DNA from: a virus
Lineage: Duplodnaviria > Caudoviricetes
DNA length: 25,349 nt
Virus record (IMG/VR): IMGVR_UViG_3300008255_000447
Location: 1 to 25,349 of that record
Direction: 5' to 3' (one strand)
Position numbers and translations under genes: made by a program. The notes under the pieces were generated by a model. The model saw nothing but the letters and a program-made list of their open reading frames with translations, ran no database searches and had not been told where the DNA came from. Numbering within the stretch: position 1 is the first letter of the stretch; every line of letters begins with the position of its first letter. Below, one piece after another: positions 8,160-15,720 of this stretch.

Positions 8160-9293
8160 ATGCGAACCACCCTTTGGGGGCTTTCGGCCCTGCTTGTTCT
8201 GGCGGTAATCGTTCATGCCGGGACGACGAACTTCGACTCGCTTGGGCTGTCCGGCGACCTGACCGTCACCGGCGATGCAACCGTCACAGGAGACCTCGCG
8301 GTCACCGGCGCTCAGACGTTCGCGGGTAATCAGGCAGTAGCGGGAAACCTCGACGTTACCGGCGCCACGACGGCCACGACGGCGACTTTCACGGGAGCTG
8401 TCACTGTCAACGACGGCAGCAATCCAAGCTCCGACTTCCGGGTCGAGAGCAACGGGCAGACTGACGCACTTTTCGTGGATGCGTCAACCGACCGGGTAGG
8501 TGTCCTCACTAGCGTACCGACTCACGACTTTGAGGTGGATGGCGCTGTCGGCATGGCCTCCACGCTCCAGGTGACGGGCAACGTCAACTTCGACGGTACG
8601 CTCGACATTGCCGGCGCAACCCAGGTCGACGATGACTTCAACGTTACTGGGTCAACGACGGTCGTTGGTCTGGCAGCGACCGGCCATACAACCGTAGTCA
8701 GCCTGACCGGATCGGGTCGTATCTCTACCTCGGATGTTACGCAGATGCGCGTAACTGAGTTCATACCCTGGCAAGACTTCGTGACTGGCCAGGTTACCGG
8801 CGCCTCGACGGTCTTTTCTGGCTTTGGTGCTGGATCGCCCGTTACCACAGCCACAGAGCTTGGTGGCGCGGGTGGTCTTGGTGGCTTTCTTGTCGGTGCA
8901 GCAAGTGATGAGTTTGAAACCTTGTGGAACATCCCATTCGACTTCGATCGAACCCAGGATACAACCTTCTTTGTCCTGTTCTACGTTGACGCGGAAGCTG
9001 AAAGCGGCGATTCGATCACGTGGTCGCTAGACTACGCCGAGATTGTCCCGGGTACGACAGTCATCGGTGACCCGGCAACCGCCCCAAACACAGACTTCTC
9101 TGCGGCGGCATGGGCTGCTGATGGTGTGGTACAGGGATCTGGTATGCCACCGGCTACGATCAACGGCGGCACCATTGGCGCAACGACTTCACTACTGCAT
9201 CTTGAGTTCATCGTTGCCACCCTGACGAATTACAGTGCGGATGAAGTGACGTTCGTCGGTGTGGTCGTGAACTACGGAAAACTGTTCCTGTGA
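8160..9293 (+). CDS. Head-fibre-like structural protein with N-terminal signal peptide
   Basis: 377 aa after the MCP; SD GGAG; MRTT-LWGLSALLVLAVI-VHA|GTTNF; 6-aa repeats GDLTVT/GDATVT/GDLAVT; beta-rich C-terminal domain. Confidence 0.7.
   Translation: MRTTLWGLSALLVLAVIVHAGTTNFDSLGLSGDLTVTGDATVTGDLAVTGAQTFAGNQAVAGNLDVTGATTATTATFTGAVTVNDGSNPSSDFRVESNGQTDALFVDASTDRVGVLTSVPTHDFEVDGAVGMASTLQVTGNVNFDGTLDIAGATQVDDDFNVTGSTTVVGLAATGHTTVVSLTGSGRISTSDVTQMRVTEFIPWQDFVTGQVTGASTVFSGFGAGSPVTTATELGGAGGLGGFLVGAASDEFETLWNIPFDFDRTQDTTFFVLFYVDAEAESGDSITWSLDYAEIVPGTTVIGDPATAPNTDFSAAAWAADGVVQGSGMPPATINGGTIGATTSLLHLEFIVATLTNYSADEVTFVGVVVNYGKLFL
8253..8378 (+). repeat. Seven degenerate 18-bp (6-aa) coding repeats, beta-helix-like
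   Basis: GDLTVT GDATVT GDLAVT GAQTFA GNQAVA GNLDVT GATTAT. Confidence 0.7.
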
Positions 9294-9508
9294 TGGCTCT
9301 GGATCTTGTTCGTCTTCGGCAGCAGATCAACCAGCGGATGCGTCCGTTTGGTCAGTCGAAGATGCGCGGGCTTGACCCCTCGAGGGTCAACAGGATCACC
9401 GAAACGGTCCCCGTGAAGTTCTGCGGCAACTGCAACAGGCGGTCGGCCCTCTACCTCCCGCAGTGGGCGGAGTACCGGTGTATCTATTGCGATCGCCAGG
9501 TGAAGTGA
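9290..9508 (+). CDS. Small zinc-ribbon-like protein
   Basis: 72 aa, basic, CGNC-x15-CIYC; coupled to the upstream stop. Confidence 0.7.
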   Translation: MMALDLVRLRQQINQRMRPFGQSKMRGLDPSRVNRITETVPVKFCGNCNRRSALYLPQWAEYRCIYCDRQVK

Positions 9509-9512
9509 GGCC

Positions 9513-9800
9513 ATGTCAAACGCAACTCTCGTTATCGCCACAAGCCAGGTTTTCACGGTTGCAACGACCATCTACAAGGTGGTCGTTGTTGCGGCCGCTG
9601 ACGCCGCCGAGGTGACGATTCGAGACAACGCGAACGTGCTTCTTGTCCCGCTTGCGGATGGACAGAAGGCCGCCCACCTGAAGGCGGCTCTCGGGACAAG
9701 CGTCAACTTCGACTGGCACTGCGGGCTGAGCCTCCATAGCGGGTGCCACGTAACCATCAATTCCGGTACGGGAGTCGAAGTCTGGATCTACACGAGATGA
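9513..9800 (+). CDS. Hypothetical beta-rich structural protein
   Basis: 95 aa, V/A/T-rich; tight spacing within the operon. Confidence 0.7.
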   Translation: MSNATLVIATSQVFTVATTIYKVVVVAAADAAEVTIRDNANVLLVPLADGQKAAHLKAALGTSVNFDWHCGLSLHSGCHVTINSGTGVEVWIYTR

Positions 9801-9804
9801 GTCG

Positions 9805-10722
9805 ATGTCCACCGTCAACGAACTTGTCTCGAACCTGAAGAATCGGCTCAGGGACCAGCAGGCCGACACCTACATCCTTCAGGCCATCAACTGGTGCCGC
9901 CGGGATATCGTGACCCGGCGCAACTGGGCGTGGGCGCAGACGCTTGTGGGTGGGCTTCGGACTCTTGGTCCGGCAACGATCACGGATGACGTGACCGTCA
10001 CGCTCGAGGGAACGTCGGTCACCGTAGCAACGGCTGACGACTCGATGGACCAGCTTGTCACAGATGTTGCGGCCGGCATTGAGCCTCATGTGACGTTCAC
10101 GCTGGGAGGGGACCGCTTCTATCGAGTGACGGCGGCAACCGGTTCAGGACCCTACACCCTGAGCATCACGCCGGGATACTTCGGCGCCAGCTCAGCGGCA
10201 GAGGACATGGTGATCTACTTTCGGGAGTACGCACTCACGAGCGGAACACGCAAGATCGCAAACGTGGTCGGCGAGGATGGGCACACGCTAGGGCTGAGGA
10301 CCTTGAGCGAGATTGCCTACGCCAACGGCGAGCCAACGGAATCGACAGGACAGCCGAGGTTCTACGCCGTCCGCGGTGGGATGACTCCGACTCTCATCCT
10401 GGACCCGATACCCGATGACAACTACTCGATCGCGTTCGACCGGATCGGGGCGCTTACTGATGTTTCCGTTAACGGTACCGAGGCCTCGGTGGTTGTGCCT
10501 GCGGAGTGGCATTTCGTGATCGAGGAGGGGGCGCTCTATTTCCTCCGCAGGGATGTGAAGGATGATGACCGGTGGGCTGACACTCGAGACATGTACTTGG
10601 AATACCTCGGTCGGATGGAGCGGGCCGACCTGACTGGTGGGTTCGCAAGCTCGGGTGGCGTGATTCACGCGACGAGGAGCCGTCACGGGATGGCCCAGCA
10701 GAGGCGGGCAAGTCGATCGTGA
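9805..10722 (+). CDS. Head-tail adaptor (P22 gp4 / T7 gp11 equivalent) with inserted beta domain
   Basis: N-terminal helices TVNELVSNLKNRL...AINWCRRDI...WAW; GQPRFYA...LILDPIPDDNYSI; VPAEWHFVIEEGALY; located before the nozzle gene. Confidence 0.78.
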   Translation: MSTVNELVSNLKNRLRDQQADTYILQAINWCRRDIVTRRNWAWAQTLVGGLRTLGPATITDDVTVTLEGTSVTVATADDSMDQLVTDVAAGIEPHVTFTLGGDRFYRVTAATGSGPYTLSITPGYFGASSAAEDMVIYFREYALTSGTRKIANVVGEDGHTLGLRTLSEIAYANGEPTESTGQPRFYAVRGGMTPTLILDPIPDDNYSIAFDRIGALTDVSVNGTEASVVVPAEWHFVIEEGALYFLRRDVKDDDRWADTRDMYLEYLGRMERADLTGGFASSGGVIHATRSRHGMAQQRRASRS

Positions 10723-12260
10723 CCTACCGCGGCAACATCGTGACGTTTGATCCGATGATCGAAGGGCTCTATGACACGAAGAATCCTGTTGAGCTTGGAA
10801 ACCACACGCCGGAGTGTTACAACGCCAGGTTTTTTCCGACGCACGTTGAGAAGCGGAGTGGGATGTCGTCGGTTCATGATGCGGTGGCTGCCGGGAAGAC
10901 CGGCATTGGTGGCTGGTACTTCACGACGGCGGCTGGCGCAGGCCGAAACATCGTCGTGGATGAGGATGGGGTGATCTATGGCGACGACACCGGGGCGTGG
11001 GTTGCTCGGACTGGATCTGTAACGCTTTCAGTGACATCCAGTTCTCGCGTTCACTTCTGCACGTTCGACGACAAGATCGTCGGCACGGACAACGCCACCA
11101 CACCGTTTCGTTGGGACGGGTCTTCTGATAGCGCCGCCGTCCTGACCGGCACACCGCCCGCCCGGGCGAAGTACATGGCGACATTCGCGAATCGACTTCT
11201 CGCGATCAATTTCACGGAGAACGGAGGCGTGACCGTACGAAATGACGGCATCGCCTACAGCGCCATCAATGATCTCAACAGTTGGGGGGCGTCGGACTTT
11301 CTGAGGATCCAGCAGGCCGGCGGAAAACCGATAACAGGGGTTGGCTATAAGACCGATAGCCTGCTGATCTTCTTCGAGAACAACGTGTTCGAACTGACGG
11401 ATAGCGGCAACGAGCTGATTCCTTTCCAGGCGTCGCTCTACACGGCCGGGCTTGGGCTGAAAGCTGGGTATGCCGTCTTCAGTCGAAACGGTCGCGTGAT
11501 CGGGTGGACGGCGCGGGGGCCGGTTGACTTCTCGAATCCTGATCCGGTCTATCTCGGCGAGAAGATTCGTCAGACGGTTGCCGATGTGGACTACTCGAAC
11601 GCGGAGCTCTTTGCTGCCGTTGTGTCCCAGAAAAACGAGACGGTCCGGTTCTGCGTTCGCAATAACGACAGCACCGAGAACGACCTGATCATGGTCCTTA
11701 ACCCTCAAACTGGGGTTTGGTCTCGGGACAACGGATATGCCATCGAGGCGGGATGGGAGGCGTTGAACTCTGCCGGCCAGTGGGTCGCTTACGGGATCTC
11801 CACGGATCGGGTCTACGAGTTCGACACGGGCCAGGAGGACGCCACGCCGTCGACGAACGCCACGGCGTCGATCGTCTTTGATATCTGGACCCCGTGGTAT
11901 GACTTCCGCGGCCGGGTTGACGGGCAGGGCCCGATGACGCACAAGATTTGGCAGGAGTTCCAGTTGCTCTACCGCGAGGAGACAGACGGAAACTTCGACC
12001 TCGGCTATCAGCTCGCGCTGCTTCCTGGTGAGCGGGTTACTGAAAGCGTGGCGATGATCGGGCGCGAGAATGCGCTGATCTGGGATGATGGGATCTGGGG
12101 GGTCGACATCTGGGGAGGGTCCGGGGATGCGCCCGCAGAAAGCCGCCTCTTTCTGGATGGGTCGTCAACCCACATCCGATTTCGAATTGTCAACGATGAC
12201 GACAAGGACGTGACCCTGCTGGGGCACACAGTGGCCTTCAAGGGGACAGGCAGTCTATGA
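10719..12260 (+). CDS. Tail nozzle / tail tubular protein B (P22 gp10 / T7 gp12 equivalent), beta-propeller
   Basis: 513 aa; motifs ATFANRLLA, IAYSAINDLNSW, GKPITGV, LLIFFENNVF; Trp repeat WDDGIWGVDIWGG near the C-terminus; follows the adaptor. Confidence 0.82.
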   Translation: MTYRGNIVTFDPMIEGLYDTKNPVELGNHTPECYNARFFPTHVEKRSGMSSVHDAVAAGKTGIGGWYFTTAAGAGRNIVVDEDGVIYGDDTGAWVARTGSVTLSVTSSSRVHFCTFDDKIVGTDNATTPFRWDGSSDSAAVLTGTPPARAKYMATFANRLLAINFTENGGVTVRNDGIAYSAINDLNSWGASDFLRIQQAGGKPITGVGYKTDSLLIFFENNVFELTDSGNELIPFQASLYTAGLGLKAGYAVFSRNGRVIGWTARGPVDFSNPDPVYLGEKIRQTVADVDYSNAELFAAVVSQKNETVRFCVRNNDSTENDLIMVLNPQTGVWSRDNGYAIEAGWEALNSAGQWVAYGISTDRVYEFDTGQEDATPSTNATASIVFDIWTPWYDFRGRVDGQGPMTHKIWQEFQLLYREETDGNFDLGYQLALLPGERVTESVAMIGRENALIWDDGIWGVDIWGGSGDAPAESRLFLDGSSTHIRFRIVNDDDKDVTLLGHTVAFKGTGSL

Positions 12261-12592
12261 GCCGGATCACCTTCAACAAGCAGAACATCGCCGAGACCGT
12301 TCGCGGCCTGGTGGCTCTCGTCAACGGGAAGATCAGCCTGGGAACTCGGGTGAACCCAGGGAATCTGGCGGCCGTCCCGGTTGATTTCACCGTCACGGGC
12401 GGCAACGAGAATACGGATCAAGCGGTGGCTCACAAGCTGGGCAGGCCGCCGGCGGGCTGGATCGTCGTTGGTCAGACGGTTGCCGGGATCGTTTACGACT
12501 CCTCCGCGTCGCCGTATAATGACAACTGGAGCGACACGTCAATCGAGCTCCGGGCCGATACGGCAGGCACCTACAGGCTGGTGATCTTCTGA
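12257..12592 (+). CDS. Small tail protein (needle/knob position)
   Basis: 111 aa; short helix then beta domain with VAHKLGRPPAGWIVV; coupled to nozzle and fibre genes. Confidence 0.6.
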   Translation: MSRITFNKQNIAETVRGLVALVNGKISLGTRVNPGNLAAVPVDFTVTGGNENTDQAVAHKLGRPPAGWIVVGQTVAGIVYDSSASPYNDNWSDTSIELRADTAGTYRLVIF

Positions 12593-14193
12593 TGCGAGAG
12601 CGCGTTGCGCTGGCTTTTCTTGGGGCGATTCTGGCGATCCTGATCTTCGTTGGGATGGGGGCCCGCCCCACGGCGATGAACACGTTTGTTTCTGGGACGG
12701 TAGCGAATCCGTCTCTGGTGAATGCGAACTTCACGAGTCTGTTCAATCCGCTCAACGGGAACATCGACGCGGGGAATCTCTCGACTGGGGCTGTCCTGAC
12801 TACCAACGTCGCCGACAACGCGATCACGCTGGCGAAGATCGCGGACATGAATTCGGGGCAGATCATCGTGACGGCCAGTTCCGGGGCCCCAACGGCGACA
12901 ACTCTCACGGGTGACGTGACAATCGGGCCGACTGGGGTTACCACGCTTGCGGCCAATTCTGTGGCGACCGGCGACATTGTCGATGGCACGATCATCGCAG
13001 CAGACATCGCGACGGGCGCCGTGATAACAGCCAAGATCCTTGACGGCACGATCGTCGCTGACGATATTGCCACTGGCGCGGTTACGACTGCGAAGATTCT
13101 CGATAACACGATCATCGCTGGGGACATCGCCACTGGGGCTGTGGCGACCGCTGAGATCCTTGACGGCACGCTCATCGCAGCCGACATCGCAACTGGCGCT
13201 GTTGCGACAGCAGAGATTCTCGATAACACGATCATCGCAGCCGACATCGCAACTGGCGGTGTCGCCACGGCCGAGATCCTTGACGGCACCATCCTCAACG
13301 AGGACATCTCTGCATCAGCGGCAATCGCCCTCTCGAAGCTCGCCACGCCGGTTGTCACGGCATCGTCTTCCAGCACTAGCAAGGTGGCAAAGTTCGTCAG
13401 TGGGAACCGGGTTGGTGACAGTCGAATCTCCGACAATGGGTCGGGTGACGTGTCGATCTCGACGGGGCTTGACCTTGGCGTGAATGAGCTGACGGCTGGC
13501 ACAGCGACAATTTCCACGATATCGCGTGCTAGCCCTGGGATGGTCGGGCTCAGTGCGGCCGGGATCGACTTCAATGACCTCTACATGTTCATCCCCGAGG
13601 GGACTGACTTTCCTACTGGCTCCGGGGCCTCCCCCTACTTCGACAACTTTCGGATCGCCCGTGCTCTCCCGATGTTCTACGACCCGGAAATGCTGGATGA
13701 CCGCTGGCTCGTCCCGGAGGCACACGACAACGTGCCGTTTACCAGCAAGCACTTGCTGAGCAGTGATTTCTTCGGCGAGAGTGTCCCGCCTTCATCCGAG
13801 GTCGCGTGGAACTTTCTGATTCCTCAGAACGTGGACAGCACGGTTGCCGCAACAATCCAGATCAATTGCTGGACGACTCAATCTGCTGACGCTCGCTTCG
13901 ACCACAACTCGGCAAGGTGGGCGTCTGGCGCCACGTATACCGCACCGACAGGGATATCGGCGGTCGCGTGGACTTCGACCTTTACGGCCAACCAGATCCT
14001 TGTGATCAATCAGTCGATCACCCTGACGCCAACGGCGGGTGACGTGTTCAGTAGTTTTGTGCGTCGTATCGGTGGTGATGCCGCAGACACGCTGACAACG
14101 GATATTCGGGTGATCGGCGCCGGGCTGCGGATAACTCGCTCCAGCGGTGAGGTGGACATCATCCAGCCGTGCGCCACAACTCACATTCACTAG
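12592..14193 (+). CDS. Tail fibre / receptor-binding protein with N-terminal signal peptide
   Basis: MRER-VALAFLGAILAILIFV-GMGA, then fibre-anchor-like NTFVSGTVANPSLVNANF, 20-aa shaft repeats and a beta-rich head; TGATG coupling supports Met1. Confidence 0.82.
   Translation: MRERVALAFLGAILAILIFVGMGARPTAMNTFVSGTVANPSLVNANFTSLFNPLNGNIDAGNLSTGAVLTTNVADNAITLAKIADMNSGQIIVTASSGAPTATTLTGDVTIGPTGVTTLAANSVATGDIVDGTIIAADIATGAVITAKILDGTIVADDIATGAVTTAKILDNTIIAGDIATGAVATAEILDGTLIAADIATGAVATAEILDNTIIAADIATGGVATAEILDGTILNEDISASAAIALSKLATPVVTASSSSTSKVAKFVSGNRVGDSRISDNGSGDVSISTGLDLGVNELTAGTATISTISRASPGMVGLSAAGIDFNDLYMFIPEGTDFPTGSGASPYFDNFRIARALPMFYDPEMLDDRWLVPEAHDNVPFTSKHLLSSDFFGESVPPSSEVAWNFLIPQNVDSTVAATIQINCWTTQSADARFDHNSARWASGATYTAPTGISAVAWTSTFTANQILVINQSITLTPTAGDVFSSFVRRIGGDAADTLTTDIRVIGAGLRITRSSGEVDIIQPCATTHIH
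12961..13310 (+). repeat. Tandem 60-bp (20-aa) coding repeats, about 6 copies, in the fibre shaft
   Basis: I(L/V)D(G/N)T(I/L)(I/V)AxDIATG(A/G)VxTA(K/E); consecutive 60-nt sequence lines align. Confidence 0.92.
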
Positions 14194-14200
14194 GAGAATC

Positions 14201-14572
14201 ATGCGAACCATCATTATCTTTTCACTCGTGTTTATGGCCGCCGTCCTTCCGGGGCTGGTTTTGGCCCAAGATGTTCCCGTGACCGTGGGCGGTATTCACG
14301 TCTCGGTCCCCGAGGCTCGGTTTCGGGCGCTCCTGGCTGGACTCGACGGGCCGTCCCGGCAGCGTCTGGAGACGGGGAAGGCTCGGGCCCGCATGGAGAC
14401 CGCCTGCAACTCGGTAGCCCAGAAGGCGGCTCGGATCAACTCGCTTAGAGACTACTTGGCGGCAGAGGACTTCGCCGCCATCGCCGCTGCGCTCGACGTT
14501 GGAATTGCCGCGGGTGAAGCTGAACGGGATCGGCGCAGCTCCGAGCCTCCGACTCCGGTAGTGACGCGGTAG
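14201..14572 (+). CDS. Secreted helical protein downstream of the tail fibre (possible fibre chaperone/partner)
   Basis: SD AGGAG at 14192-14196, ATG 14201; MRT-IIIFSLVFMAAVLPGL-VLA|QD signal peptide; 123 aa. Confidence 0.7.
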   Translation: MRTIIIFSLVFMAAVLPGLVLAQDVPVTVGGIHVSVPEARFRALLAGLDGPSRQRLETGKARARMETACNSVAQKAARINSLRDYLAAEDFAAIAAALDVGIAAGEAERDRRSSEPPTPVVTR

Positions 14573-15720
14573 TGGTCAACATCGGCAGCCTGATCGGCCT
14601 TGGCATAAGCCTCTTCGGTGGCGGGAAAACCAAGGCCACAAAAACGGAGGGGCCGATTCCGGTCTCACCTCCGCCGGGGATCTTTGACTCTCCGACCGGC
14701 TTTCTCGGGCTGCCGACCAGAACGCGATTCGACGATCGGGATCGCGTTGCCGCGCTGAACGCGCTCAAGAGCACGCAGAACGTGGCGCAGGCTGAGGCCA
14801 TGCTTGCGTCCAATCCTGGAGCCCTCACCATCCTCCGGCGTGTCACGCAGGAGATGGGCCTCCTACTGGCCAACCGGGGAACACTGTCCGACGCAGAGGT
14901 CGTCAAGCAGTCCGTCGTCAGGCTTGGGCTTCCTAACGCGCTCGCCTTTCAGGACCTCGGAACGGACCAGTTCGAAACGCTCCAGGATCGGCTTGCGTTG
15001 CCGGGGCCGGCCACGGAGCTCTTTCGCCGGTCTCAGGGGCAAATGAGTTCTACGACGCCGGGCAATGTCCGGGAGGACCCGGCGCTTGTTGCTGAAGCGG
15101 CCCGGCTTCAAGAGATCGGAGGTGGGCGCATCCAGGCGCTCATGGGTGGGGCTCTGCAAGGCGAATTCCCGAGCCTGTACGCTCATCTTCAAGGAGAAGC
15201 CTCTCGGCAGCAAGCCTCGGGGCGTAGCCCTGGTCACCCCGATGCTGTGGCTGCGATGCAGGCCGAGGTTGACCGGCTGTCCGGGCTTTCGTCACGGACG
15301 GGGCCGACCGGTCAGCAGTTGCCGGTTTCCGGCGCCAGGGAGACCGACGCCCTTCTTCCGAAAAGCATGAGCCCGGAGGATGTAGCCGGCGGTCGACGAA
15401 CGGTCGATCCCGGAACGTTCTCGCGGCTGAAGTCGTCGGTCGGCTCCCTCCCCGGAATAGGACCTACGACGTTCCAGCGGCCAGCGGGTGGCGGGCAGCC
15501 TCCAGGGCCGGCCCCGACGCCGTTCCCTACGAGGCAGGCCCCGCAGGTGCCAGCCGGTGGCGCGGCCGAAGCTTTCCGGCGCGAGCGCGGCGGATTGCCC
15601 GGTGTGAATATGTCGCCGGTTGCTGACCCGGCCGGCGCTGGTGGGTTTGCCGAAAGAATTCGCTCGGGGCGATTCACGCCAGAAGACATCGCCGAACTCA
15701 TGAAAGGGCAGATGAGATGA
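14572..15720 (+). CDS. Putative ejection (internal virion) protein 1
   Basis: Gly-rich hydrophobic N-terminus IGSLIGLGISLFGGGK typical of pilot/ejection proteins; low-complexity G/P/A body; located after the tail genes. Confidence 0.6.
   Translation: MVNIGSLIGLGISLFGGGKTKATKTEGPIPVSPPPGIFDSPTGFLGLPTRTRFDDRDRVAALNALKSTQNVAQAEAMLASNPGALTILRRVTQEMGLLLANRGTLSDAEVVKQSVVRLGLPNALAFQDLGTDQFETLQDRLALPGPATELFRRSQGQMSSTTPGNVREDPALVAEAARLQEIGGGRIQALMGGALQGEFPSLYAHLQGEASRQQASGRSPGHPDAVAAMQAEVDRLSGLSSRTGPTGQQLPVSGARETDALLPKSMSPEDVAGGRRTVDPGTFSRLKSSVGSLPGIGPTTFQRPAGGGQPPGPAPTPFPTRQAPQVPAGGAAEAFRRERGGLPGVNMSPVADPAGAGGFAERIRSGRFTPEDIAELMKGQMR

Noticed and set aside
12393-13574. 393-aa antisense ORF with repeats; also considered as CRISPR or DGR repeats
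   Set aside because: Mirror of the fibre's 60-bp coding repeat; no unique spacers, no adenine-specific template/variable pair, no cas or reverse transcriptase gene in the window.
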